Shown: in pieces, positions 51,708 through 60,973 of the stretch
Position numbering within the stretch: the first letter of the stretch is position 1
Layout of the letters: each line of letters starts with the position of its first letter
Assembly: GCA_913051655.1 (NCBI GenBank)
Contig: CAJXHI010000006.1
Coordinates: forward strand, 34,273 to 98,272
DNA from: an uncultured Alphaproteobacteria bacterium
GTDB taxonomy: Bacteria; Pseudomonadota; Alphaproteobacteria; Rhodobacterales; Rhodobacteraceae
DNA length: 64,000 nt
Reading direction: 5' to 3'
The notes under the pieces: model-generated
Told to the model about the DNA's origin: nothing
Database searches by the model: none
Seen by the model: only the letters and a program-made list of their open reading frames with translations
Position numbers and translations under genes: made by a program

Positions 51708-51920
51708 ATGCCGAGTATTCCAGAAAATGAATTTAATACCCAAGGTGTAACGGCTATTCAGCAAACCTTGTAGGACAATAAAGACGTAATCGTTCCGCTC
51801 AGAGGCGAGAACAAGTATGTTGTCATAGGCTTTGAACAGTACAAAAAAGTAAACAAATCTGAGCTAGAAGCTGCCATTCATAAAACTCGCAAACGTATCG
51901 CTGAAGGAGAGCTTGTGTAA
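51708..51920 (+). pseudogene. Phd/YefM-type antitoxin gene with in-frame TAG
   Basis: The translation is MPSIPENEFNTQGVTAIQQTL*DNKDVIVPLRGENKYVVIGFEQYKKV...AEGELV. The stop at 51771-51773 interrupts an otherwise antitoxin-like 70-codon frame. Confidence 0.55.
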
Positions 51921-51956
51921 TAAAATCTTTATTACCATTTGCGTCGCATTGAAGCG

Positions 51957-52239
51957 ATGGAACGAATTATCGGCTAGTATTCAACGAAAGCTAAAACAAG
52001 AATGCCACCGAGTGGATCAAGAAGCACCCCACCTTAAACGATCAATATCTTAAGACCCTGCAATTGAAATTATTGGACATCCATCGCCGATCACTGAGTC
52101 TGTATAAGTTGGCGGCAACATGAGCAAATTAAGCTCGGCCTCAATTAATATCAGCTAACGCATCATACTAGAGCTTATGATCCAAGATAATTGCATCATA
52201 CTGATCAACAGAGGGTCGCATGACTAAGTGTATCGATAA
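51957..52239 (+). pseudogene. RelE/ParE/YoeB-superfamily toxin remnant (multiple stops and frameshifts)
   Basis: Pieces in three frames are YRLVFNES, NATEWIKKHPTLNDQYLKTLQLKLLDIHRRSLSLYKLAAT and RIILELMIQDNCIILINRGSHD*VYR. Together they recapitulate a toxin layout (..hkL.g....yRiiy.i.d..i.i..ig.H..vY). The remnant lies directly after the antitoxin remnant. Confidence 0.5.
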
Positions 52240-52612
52240 CAGTTTAATCTATTGTGAAGTGTCATTCGTTTTATTGACGAAGCAAAGCCAACAGCAAAAA
52301 TACAACATCGGCAAGAAGGGCAAGAAAACGGAAGTTTCGTCACACGCGCAGAATAATTACGCCGGTTAAATTTAATCCAGTTTTGTTTGAAAATAAATTT
52401 ACTTAAAAATCAATACAAATAAGCTTCAATAACATTATACCAGACACATAGAATATATTTGGTAAAAAATTATGATACTGACCGTAATTTATTTAGTAAG
52501 TAAGATAGAGTCACAAGCGGCTACTTGGTATAGATCAGCAGTAGACTTTTAAATGCTTTTTGCTAAGGATGACAGCTCGGCTATCTCTAGCTTCAAGAAA
52601 AATGGATAGAAA

Positions 52613-53935
52613 ATGAATTATTCTTGGTCTTATAAGCTGATGTTTTTGTCAGTAATTTTTTTGTCTGCCTGCAGCAGTGGACTTCCAAACTTACTGAAGC
52701 AAAGTTATTTGATGAAGCGTCAAAAAGATGTGGTTGCTACTCAAACTATAGCTTCCCTTACGCCTAAATTAACTCCAAAAGTCCCAATGCAAGGTAACCT
52801 TGACATAGCAGTAAATTCAGCAGCGAAAGTCCATCCCCAGTTCTTAGCAGCACAATATGGAATAGAGGAGGCTAAGGTAAATTTAGATATAAGTGAGGCA
52901 AGCACAAAACCGCAAATATCTACCTCGATATTCTCTGGGTTAGACGATATTGAAAACCTTTCTGCTGGCGTTACGGCGTCATTAAATCTGCAAACACTTT
53001 TATACGATGGCGGTAAGGCGGACCTCCAAAGATCTCTCGATGAATTAAATATCGAGAATGCGAAATTAAGCCTTGAAAAAGTACAAAATTCTCTCGTGCT
53101 AGGCTTCTACAATGATTTTAACAATCTTGCTTCATTGGAACTCATTGAAGAGGTATATGCAAACAAAATCCAAGTCATTAACGAATATAAGACGCGGCTC
53201 AATACGATGAAAAATGCCGGTGTCATCGACTCTTCAGCGATCTCACAAGCACAAAGGATTAGTAATGATATAACAAAAAATTTGGAGCTGACTTCTATTG
53301 ATAGGCAGCTCGTTGAGGAAAAATTAGGATTGTACTTTTCTGACACAATAATTCCGACAGGCGCGATCCAAAAAAGTATTGCAAAGCTTAAACGTTCAAA
53401 AGCATCGATCCTGAAAAACCTTGAGATTAAAACAGCATATCTACAGGTAAGTGCAGCGACCATAAGAGTGGAACAAGCAAAGAGAACTAATTCTTACGAC
53501 GTGGTTTTTCAATCGGGTGTACGCCAAACAATAGGAAGTAGTCTGGACACACAGCCAACGCTGGGGATTGCATTGTCGAAGCCGGTTTACCGGGGAGGAT
53601 TATTACAAGCACAGATCAATTCGGCAAACGCTTCCAAACAGCGCGCATCTTCTGATTTTAACACTACTTATTCGAAGGTAAAAGAAGAGCTCAAGTTGTT
53701 GGATGTCAACCTCCGAGCTGTTGAAAGAAAGTTAAACATCATAAAACAAGAGACGCTTTTTTCTCGGACGGAAATTGACCGCATTAACTCACAACTTACT
53801 ATAGGCCGGTCCAGTATCAATGACTTAATTTCCGAAGAAAACAATCTTTTAGAATTAGAATTGCAAACCATTCAACTTGAAAAAGAGAAAAACGAATTGA
53901 CCTTCAGCAGATTTAGCTGGCTTGGAGCCATATAA
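52613..53935 (+). CDS. TolC/OEP-family outer-membrane channel lipoprotein
   Basis: 440-aa ORF with a lipobox signal (MFLSVIFLSAC). It shows the two-fold coiled-coil/beta pattern typical of outer-membrane efflux proteins (LNLQTLLYDGGKADLQ...; PVYRGGLLQAQINSA...). The DNA is strongly AT-rich. Confidence 0.7.
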   Translation: MNYSWSYKLMFLSVIFLSACSSGLPNLLKQSYLMKRQKDVVATQTIASLTPKLTPKVPMQGNLDIAVNSAAKVHPQFLAAQYGIEEAKVNLDISEASTKPQISTSIFSGLDDIENLSAGVTASLNLQTLLYDGGKADLQRSLDELNIENAKLSLEKVQNSLVLGFYNDFNNLASLELIEEVYANKIQVINEYKTRLNTMKNAGVIDSSAISQAQRISNDITKNLELTSIDRQLVEEKLGLYFSDTIIPTGAIQKSIAKLKRSKASILKNLEIKTAYLQVSAATIRVEQAKRTNSYDVVFQSGVRQTIGSSLDTQPTLGIALSKPVYRGGLLQAQINSANASKQRASSDFNTTYSKVKEELKLLDVNLRAVERKLNIIKQETLFSRTEIDRINSQLTIGRSSINDLISEENNLLELELQTIQLEKEKNELTFSRFSWLGAI

Positions 53936-54216
53936 AAAATTGCCTAATGCTTGAATACAAGAAATAATTTTAATCGATTTTGTAAGTAGAGAAAGATAAA
54001 TCCATTTTAATTGATCTAGATAAATTTGTTATCCTAATCGTTGGTTTTTAAAATTTCAAAAAATTTGAATTTACTTGTTCATAATAAACTCCCGCGTTAA
54101 TGACAAATAATCGTCAAAATAAACATGCGATTATAGCCATTTAGGGAAACTAAATCCCAAAATCTCTATTGGAATTTAGTTAGCATTTTTGACTTCCCAG
54201 CGTCTTCGATACGAAC

Positions 54217-57200
54217 CTAGACAATATCTAATGTAACCACGTAGGGGTCCTGGGTGAATGTTGAACCGTCCCCGAGTGTCACAGTACCAGATACCGTAAA
54301 GTTTGTAGAAGTTACGGTATCCTTTGGATTTAGGAAAATCGTTACAACCTCATCACTTGAGTCAATTCTACGTGTCCCAGTGTCAAGATCAACGAGGACA
54401 CTATCTGACGCAAGTGCAGTATCTCCAAAACTATTATTATCGAGCACATCATTTACAAGTCCTGTAATCTTTGAAGATAGAAATTTGTACTCCAACCCTT
54501 GAGTGGAATTTCCCTCATTTTCTACGCTATCGGAGACATTTTCCAAATCTACCACCACGGGAGTTATGCTGAAGCTTGCGCCACTTATATCAGTAGAAGT
54601 AGTTGATGAAAGTTCATTAGCGTCAAGCGTTGCTGTAAGCTGGATGTACTTTGTGGTAGACCCGTTAGAGAAGTCTTCATCATTAATAAATGTAGAAGCT
54701 GCCGATTCTGTAACTGTAGACGCAGCCACACTAATTACCTTTGCGACCACCTCTTCAACATCTATCACATTCAATGTTACGGACTCGGTTGCTGTTTTTC
54801 CGTCTGCTGTAGCTACGACATCAAAAGAATAACTGGTTTTGGTTTCATAGTCTGCAGCTTCATTGAGAGTTACGGCACCTTGTGAACTAATGGTGAAAGA
54901 AGCAGCGTCTGTTCCTGTCAAAGAAAATACAATATTTTCGCTATCAATGTCCGCAGCAGTTGCATTTAACACAGTGGAGCTTGCGCTATCTGCTCCCTCC
55001 GTTATTCCAACATCACTTCCTCCAGCATTAGCAACTGTGAGTGTTGGAGCATCATCAACGGCGTTAATAGTGACATTCACTGTGGCAGTATCAGCATCTG
55101 TACCATCGGAAACAGTTACTGTGAAAGAGTCGGAGCCATTTTCATTAGCACTCGGCGTGTAGGTAAACTGACCACCATCACCAAATTCCACTGTTCCTTT
55201 GGTTGAACCAGATGCACTGTAGGTCAACTCAGTTGTCTCGATATCAGTTGCATTAATTGTGCCAGTTACCGAACTGTCCTCGTCAACACTTACCGTTGTA
55301 TCACTCGTCCCAATAACCGGTGTATCGTTTACCGACGTCACAACCAAAGCACCGGGTAAAGTTTCTCCGTCTGCCGTCTCAACCTGGAAGTTAATTGTCC
55401 CAAACCAATTTGCTTCAGGTGTGAACGACGTGCCATCCTCGCTAAGAGCACCCTTGCCAGTTAGGTCTTCGTTCGCGGCAAGGGTTACTGTAGCACCGTC
55501 ATATCCAACGGCTGCAATAGCAATTGAACCAGAGTCTTCATTCCCAGAACCAACCGAGACAGCACCTATCTGCACAGAGACAACTTGTGTTTTATCATCA
55601 GACGTTGTTCCGTCACTCACGGTGATAGTAAAGCTATCTGCACCTTCTTCACCAGCCGTGGCGGTGTATGAGTAGGCGCCCCCTTCCGTAAAGGTTACGG
55701 TCCCTTTGCTTGCACCGGAGGCTGTGTAAGTAAGATCGCTAGTCTCAAGGTCACTTGCAGAAATCGTCCCTGTTGCAGTGCCACCATCATCCAAAACGAC
55801 CAATGCTGCATCAGTATTGTCAGTATCTATTACTGGGGCGTCGTTCACTGAGCTAACAACTAGAACACCAGGCAATTCACCTTCTGAAGTTGTAATGTCA
55901 AAGGCAACACTTCCAAACCAGTTTGAGTTTGGAGTGAACACTCCGTTTTCGAATGTACCTTTAGAAACTAAGTCGGTTTCACTCGCAGCAACGGCAAATG
56001 TCGCGTCTGCATATCCTTCTGCAGAGAGAGTAATTGCGCCGCCATCCTCAATACCACTTCCAACGGGTATTGAATCAACAACAAGCAATTCTGCTGTCGA
56101 AGACGATGTTACACCGGCTGTGTCGTTGACTGTATATGAAAAAGTAACGGTTGCATTCTCATCTCCATCCACAGGAGTGAATGTAAACGTATTGTTTCCA
56201 TTATCTACGATTGCGCCAGCACCTTGCTGTATGGAAACAGATTTTAGGGTTTTTGTATCTCCAACATCGACATCAGTAACGGCGTCTGCGAAATCATCAA
56301 TTGTAAGGGTCTTAGCGACAGTGTCTCTTAGTATTCCCAAATCAACCGAAGTAGCAATTGGTGCATCATTCGTGTTTTCGACTGAAACAGAAATCTCTTG
56401 TGTCGCAGATAAGGAATAAGCATCTGTCGCTGTCACAACAATAGTAAAGGTTTCAGAAGTTACATCGCCATTGTCAGGCGTGCCCGTAATAGCACCCGTT
56501 GCTTCGTCAATTGACAACCATTCAACAGGACTTGCAAGGCTATACGTTAAAACGTCATTTGTGTCATGTCCATTTGCAATATCCGGGTCAGTAAAGAGTG
56601 CTGCAGCATCGTACGCTAGGGCAGCGTCTTCTGTAGCAGTCACGCTTACAGCACTTTGTGTGACAGTCTCTGGGCTATCGTTAGTGTTTGTAACTGTTAT
56701 CTTAAAAGCTTCAGAAGATACTTTCGCTCCAGCGGCGTCAGACCCGCTTACAGTTACTGTATACTCGCCATATGCGGAAGATGAAGGCTTTCCAGAGATA
56801 ACACCGGTGCTTTCATCGATTGTCACTCCATCTGGTAGTCCTTCAGCAGAAAATGTCAGCGCGTCGGCTGTATCAGCGTCTTCAAATGCTCCGCCAAAAT
56901 TAATCACTGAACTATCAGAAATCTCTAGACCTTGCGCAATTGCAACATCCGCTGGCGTCTCAAAATCGCCAACAAGTGTCGGTGCATCATTTTCCCCAAT
57001 TATCTTAACAGTAACAATTTTTGAAGCTCGAATTGTACTCTCGCTATCAATAAAAACCGGCGCCCCTTCAGCATCTGTTACGTAGACCTTAAAAGTCTCA
57101 ACTATTTGGAAATTAACATCCGTAAAGTTTACACCTTCTTTTGCGTTTACAGCACCTTTATTAACTGGAGCCTGGAGCGCATTTAAATCTGACATTGTTG

Positions 57201-58473
57201 AAGCTGATAACGTGTATGTCCATTGACCTTCTGCAGTAAGAGATAGTGTACCTTTGGCATCACCAGCACCCAAGAAATCTATACTTTCCGTATCAAATTG
57301 ATAGCTAATTTCATCGGCTAAGTCCGGGTCAGTTATAGCAAGAGCCCCGGTGATAGTATGCGCTTCAGCACCACCGAGGTCATTATCCTCTGATAACTCG
57401 GCGATCGTATCCCCGCTTACACGAATATATGTCCCAGCCAGCGCAGCAATATCGGCTGTTTTCAAAAATGTCAGCCCAGCGACATCACCACTTTGGGCAG
57501 CAGATTGAGCCGTCTCTGCTAGGATTGACTGCGCCGCAAATAAAACATCTCCGGCAGTATCGGCTGTAGTATCGGTCACTGTGTCGATTGCCGTTGCAAT
57601 CGTCGCAACCGCATCACCCAGAGCCGTAGTTAGGCCAGCGTTTGCAGCAACCTGGGTTGTAGCGTTAGTAATTACCGTTGTTACTAGTGCCGCATCAACA
57701 ACTAATTCAGTCTCAGCGTTAGCGGCAATTAATGCCTGGTCTGCAATTGTTTCAAGCGCAGATAGGATCACAGTTCCTTTATCGGCACCGCCGGCAGACG
57801 CCTCAGCAGTTGCGATTGTGTTTGCAACCGCCACGATTTTTGCTGCGGCCTGAGCATATGAAACAGCATCTTCACTGGTTGTATCCCCACTGAATGGATT
57901 GAATGTCGCCAATGATTCTGTCGAGTCAGCGCCCGTGAACGCCTCGGACAAACCCAAGGCCTTCGCCGCCTGTCCGTAAGCATCATTAATTGCCTCTTCA
58001 ATTTGCTCGTCCGTTGCCCCAGCACCAAGTGCATCAATTGCGTCGTCGGCTATTTTTTTTGCGACTGTTGTAGCCGGCGAAATTACAGATGAACCTGTTG
58101 GAGCGGTTAGAACAAGCCCGTCTACACTGGCACCAGATGAAGCGTCTGTTGTTTCACTCGTTCCAACGACGACCAAAGGACCTGTTGCGTTGGTAGTCAG
58201 AGTAAATGTACCATCTGAGCTCGTCCAAGCCCAATCTTCCGAACCATCAAGAAGGTTGTTGTTATTTGAGTCCACAAACACCTTGGCGCGAGCCAGCGGA
58301 CCATCGAATGCAACACCCGAAATTGACGGCCCGTCTTCTCTATTTTGTATAATACAACCACTCAAACCTTGCGCAAACAAAACAAGTACGGCTGTGGAGG
58401 ATCCTCTTTTCAACGCGCGCTCATAGTTAAGCTTCTTTGCAACGTGAGATTGAATATTAGTTAACTGGTTCAT
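54217..58473 (-). CDS. giant lipobox-bearing surface protein with cadherin-like/VCBS-type repeats
   Basis: 1418-aa ORF whose N-terminal signal ends in LSGC (Cys-40). An Ala/Thr-rich segment spans about aa 140-350. At least six beta-domains are delimited by (E/T/S)N(T)ND(A/S/T)P boundaries (ENDAPT, NTNDSPE, NTNDAPI, SVNDAPV, SVNDTPV, AVDDAPT). The protein is very acidic with no Cys after the lipobox. Confidence 0.75.
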   Translation of the reverse strand: MNQLTNIQSHVAKKLNYERALKRGSSTAVLVLFAQGLSGCIIQNREDGPSISGVAFDGPLARAKVFVDSNNNNLLDGSEDWAWTSSDGTFTLTTNATGPLVVVGTSETTDASSGASVDGLVLTAPTGSSVISPATTVAKKIADDAIDALGAGATDEQIEEAINDAYGQAAKALGLSEAFTGADSTESLATFNPFSGDTTSEDAVSYAQAAAKIVAVANTIATAEASAGGADKGTVILSALETIADQALIAANAETELVVDAALVTTVITNATTQVAANAGLTTALGDAVATIATAIDTVTDTTADTAGDVLFAAQSILAETAQSAAQSGDVAGLTFLKTADIAALAGTYIRVSGDTIAELSEDNDLGGAEAHTITGALAITDPDLADEISYQFDTESIDFLGAGDAKGTLSLTAEGQWTYTLSASTMSDLNALQAPVNKGAVNAKEGVNFTDVNFQIVETFKVYVTDAEGAPVFIDSESTIRASKIVTVKIIGENDAPTLVGDFETPADVAIAQGLEISDSSVINFGGAFEDADTADALTFSAEGLPDGVTIDESTGVISGKPSSSAYGEYTVTVSGSDAAGAKVSSEAFKITVTNTNDSPETVTQSAVSVTATEDAALAYDAAALFTDPDIANGHDTNDVLTYSLASPVEWLSIDEATGAITGTPDNGDVTSETFTIVVTATDAYSLSATQEISVSVENTNDAPIATSVDLGILRDTVAKTLTIDDFADAVTDVDVGDTKTLKSVSIQQGAGAIVDNGNNTFTFTPVDGDENATVTFSYTVNDTAGVTSSSTAELLVVDSIPVGSGIEDGGAITLSAEGYADATFAVAASETDLVSKGTFENGVFTPNSNWFGSVAFDITTSEGELPGVLVVSSVNDAPVIDTDNTDAALVVLDDGGTATGTISASDLETSDLTYTASGASKGTVTFTEGGAYSYTATAGEEGADSFTITVSDGTTSDDKTQVVSVQIGAVSVGSGNEDSGSIAIAAVGYDGATVTLAANEDLTGKGALSEDGTSFTPEANWFGTINFQVETADGETLPGALVVTSVNDTPVIGTSDTTVSVDEDSSVTGTINATDIETTELTYSASGSTKGTVEFGDGGQFTYTPSANENGSDSFTVTVSDGTDADTATVNVTINAVDDAPTLTVANAGGSDVGITEGADSASSTVLNATAADIDSENIVFSLTGTDAASFTISSQGAVTLNEAADYETKTSYSFDVVATADGKTATESVTLNVIDVEEVVAKVISVAASTVTESAASTFINDEDFSNGSTTKYIQLTATLDANELSSTTSTDISGASFSITPVVVDLENVSDSVENEGNSTQGLEYKFLSSKITGLVNDVLDNNSFGDTALASDSVLVDLDTGTRRIDSSDEVVTIFLNPKDTVTSTNFTVSGTVTLGDGSTFTQDPYVVTLDIV
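55054..56070 (-). repeat. tandem duplication of a ~169-codon two-domain unit inside the 1418-aa gene
   Basis: aa 802-970 (IPVGSGIEDGGAITLSAEGYADATF...NWFGSVAFDI...SSVNDAPVIDT...LTYTASGASKGTVTFTEGGAYSYTA...DSFTITVSDGT) parallels aa 971-1140 (VSVGSGNEDSGSIAIAAVGYDGATV...NWFGTINFQV...TSVNDTPVIGT...LTYSASGSTKGTVEFGDGGQFTYTP...DSFTVTVSDGT). Confidence 0.75.
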
Positions 58474-58486
58474 GTTAAGGCCCTAT

Positions 58487-60955
58487 TTATATAACAAATG
58501 TTCCGCTCAGATCTACATCACCGTTCTGGACAAGATAAAGGTTGGTGTCAACTGATGCAGTGCTTAGTTCGGTAACTACGTTACCACTTGAGTCAGAAAC
58601 ATCAAATGAAGTTATCGTTTCAAGTCCAACAATGTGTTTCAAGTTTGCTATAACATCTGCTATAGCAATTTCACCATCGTTATTGACATCAGCTGCCGCT
58701 GCGGAATTTCCGCTTAATGGTGACAATCCCACAATATCCTTTAACTGCGCAATAACATCGGAGATCGCAATATCGCTCTGATAAGTAGTAGATTGATTAC
58801 TTATCTGGGCGTGTGTGAATGATATACTTGTTTCAAGTAACATAGAACCGCTGGACACAGTGGCATCTAAAACAGTAGTACTGTCCGACACAAACTGAAT
58901 TTGCACCCCATCGGGTGCTGCCGGTGGATTAGCCTCAGCTGCATCAAATATAGAAAATGTGGTTCCAGCCCTATCGTTATCAATTACCGAGATAGACTGA
59001 TTTCCGATTGTGTTTAAATATTTGACGGAGGTTGTGCCCCCCTCTGCAATCGCGTGCTGAATAGCATGCGTATGAATGCCATCATTATTTTGTCCTGCTT
59101 CGATGACTGTATCATCCTCCGCACGCACAATAATTGTCGCACTTGGAGAGGCAGAACTCAATTCAAAGGAACTTGCAGAAACAAATTCTAAGCCAGAACC
59201 TTCTAGGTTAAGGGTTAGAGCCTCTTCGTTTAAGTTACTCGCCGTGATTGTGTATGTTGCCGTTGCACTTTCTGATGCCTCAGAAACCACCCCAGCAGCT
59301 GACGAATATACCACTTCAGATACTGTGAAACTTGCAATGTTCTCATTGACGGTGAATGATGTGGCAGAAACACTCAAATCATTAAAGGCTAGATCTAAGC
59401 TCTGTGTTGAATAAGAAAGTGAAACAGTTTCCGACAGGCCGGCGCCATCGGTATTACTTATTGCGGAGACATTGAAGGTTTGGCTGGTAGTCGTAGCGTC
59501 TAGTTGAATGCGATATGTATTATCTTGTGCAGATACTAGCAGGACATTATCACCTTCGATGGTCAGGTCATCAGGTGCGCTCAAAATCAAATTAACAGTT
59601 TCACTTGGTACGCCATCAAGTGTTGCAGTTAAGGTTTGAAATGATGATGCGTCACCTTCAACAAGAGGTGTCCCTTCTGCGCCAGAAATTAAAACGCCTG
59701 CATTCGCTGTATTAAGAGTGTACTTTACCAAGCCAGATTGATCGCTTGGCACTGTAAGTATGCCTAAATCCGACACACCGGAGCCATCTCGCACTGCTAC
59801 GTATAATTTCTGGCTTTCAGCACCAGCGCCAGCAACATATTTTGCAGTTTCGAACTCGGAAGCCGTTAAGGCATAAAAGAAGCCCGACACATTATCCGCC
59901 GTTTTCGCCGCTATAGACGTAAAATCGGAGGCGCCATTATCCTGATACTGTATAGTACCATTTGTATTTTCAGATCCCAGTAGCCCAACAATATAAGTTG
60001 AAATATTTCCATTGGGCGTATCTGCAGTATCACCATCACTTGCTGTCACCAGTGTGGATAAAAGAGTTTCGCTAGAAGTTGAGACATTGGAATAAACGTT
60101 TTCATTCTCAACAGGGACATCATAAGCGCCTGATAATACGCCATTAACAGATACTGATGGTGTGGAGTTATAATCTGTAGTACCCGTCAGAGAAAGAGTG
60201 TAATTCTTACCGAATTCTGATGAGTCCCCAAATGTTTCGGAGTTATTGGCTGTCACGTTAACAAAATATGTTCCGGCTTCAGTCGGTGACGATGCGGCCA
60301 CAGTGAACGTCAAACTTCCGTCGCTCTGTCCCGCACTTGTCGAAAGTGCTTCACCACCAGATTTACTAATGGTCGCACCATTTGCGTCCGTGATCTTTAC
60401 ATCATAATACGTTGCATCAGAAGCAAAGGCAGAAAGTGTCAGAGACACAGTTCCACCGTCGTCTGCACCAGTCGTGAAATAATACCAATCGCTATCTGAC
60501 GCGCTACTTAAATTACCTTTGAAATTTGCATTATCGATGAGCAAATTAGACGTGGCAATCGTATCGTTCGTTGTATTTGAACCTAATTCTGACTCGGCTG
60601 TCTCGATCACCGAATAGCTCAAAGTATAATTGCTGGAATCATAAGAGTCTGAACTTGCTACGCGTATGTAGTACGGCGTATCTGGATCTGCATCCGCGGT
60701 AAAGCTACCTGCAACTCTAAACTGGGAACTCTCAACAACAGAATCAGATTGGTTCCTAATAGACACATCAAACAGGTTGTTTTGGCTGCTAAAATCACCT
60801 TCGAAATTGACAACTATTTGCGAAGGCACAGAAAAATTATCTGCGGAGAGTTTGAAATAGTCCTTATCATCAGAGTTCGAAAGGTTGTCGGTCTTTTCTA
60901 TTCCACTTAGGAGAGGAAGGGGACCTGCTGAGATTGAACCACGTGCGTCAGCCAT
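58487..60955 (-). CDS. secreted multidomain protein: 2x PPC-like, Calx-beta-like, C-terminal dockerin-like duplication
   Basis: 822-aa ORF with no signal peptide. Two pre-peptidase-C-terminal-like modules are present (DKDYFKL...YYIRV...YTLSYS; DSDWYYFT...YFVNV...YTLSLT). Calx-like ends are present (IIVRAEDDTVIE; ISVIDNDRAG). The C-terminus holds DVIAQLKDIVGL / DVNNDGEIAIADVIANLKHIVGL. GGAG precedes the ATG. Confidence 0.7.
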   Translation of the reverse strand: MADARGSISAGPLPLLSGIEKTDNLSNSDDKDYFKLSADNFSVPSQIVVNFEGDFSSQNNLFDVSIRNQSDSVVESSQFRVAGSFTADADPDTPYYIRVASSDSYDSSNYTLSYSVIETAESELGSNTTNDTIATSNLLIDNANFKGNLSSASDSDWYYFTTGADDGGTVSLTLSAFASDATYYDVKITDANGATISKSGGEALSTSAGQSDGSLTFTVAASSPTEAGTYFVNVTANNSETFGDSSEFGKNYTLSLTGTTDYNSTPSVSVNGVLSGAYDVPVENENVYSNVSTSSETLLSTLVTASDGDTADTPNGNISTYIVGLLGSENTNGTIQYQDNGASDFTSIAAKTADNVSGFFYALTASEFETAKYVAGAGAESQKLYVAVRDGSGVSDLGILTVPSDQSGLVKYTLNTANAGVLISGAEGTPLVEGDASSFQTLTATLDGVPSETVNLILSAPDDLTIEGDNVLLVSAQDNTYRIQLDATTTSQTFNVSAISNTDGAGLSETVSLSYSTQSLDLAFNDLSVSATSFTVNENIASFTVSEVVYSSAAGVVSEASESATATYTITASNLNEEALTLNLEGSGLEFVSASSFELSSASPSATIIVRAEDDTVIEAGQNNDGIHTHAIQHAIAEGGTTSVKYLNTIGNQSISVIDNDRAGTTFSIFDAAEANPPAAPDGVQIQFVSDSTTVLDATVSSGSMLLETSISFTHAQISNQSTTYQSDIAISDVIAQLKDIVGLSPLSGNSAAAADVNNDGEIAIADVIANLKHIVGLETITSFDVSDSSGNVVTELSTASVDTNLYLVQNGDVDLSGTFVI
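58622..58798 (-). other. duplicated dockerin-like (EF-hand loop + helix) segment
   Basis: The second copy, DVNNDGEIAIADVIANLKHIVGL (58622-58690), fits the D-x-N-x-D-G-x-I-x-x-x-D Ca loop plus amphipathic helix. The first copy, QSDIAISDVIAQLKDIVGL, keeps the helix but has a degenerate loop. Confidence 0.55.
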
Positions 60956-60973
60956 TTCTTCTACTCCAACTTA

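Noticed and set aside
50741-52612. Search for a tRNA gene, integrase, IS element or flanking direct repeats marking the island insertion site
   Set aside because: I found no GTTCGA-type T-arm or cloverleaf, no integrase- or transposase-like frame, and no repeat detectable by eye. Only TA debris was recognised. A computational repeat/tRNA scan is still needed.
54140-54216. Imperfect hairpin (CTAAATTCC ... GGATTTAG on the minus strand) as terminator of the giant operon
   Set aside because: The stem contains a bulge or mismatch, is AT-rich, and is not followed by a clear U-tract. This is too weak to call.
54254-57853. Many long plus-strand ORFs (82-213 aa) antisense to the 1418-aa gene
   Set aside because: They are low-complexity S/T/V/A/P strings produced by reading the complement of GTN/ACN/GAN-rich codons. 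They have no start context and tile exactly under the real minus-strand gene.
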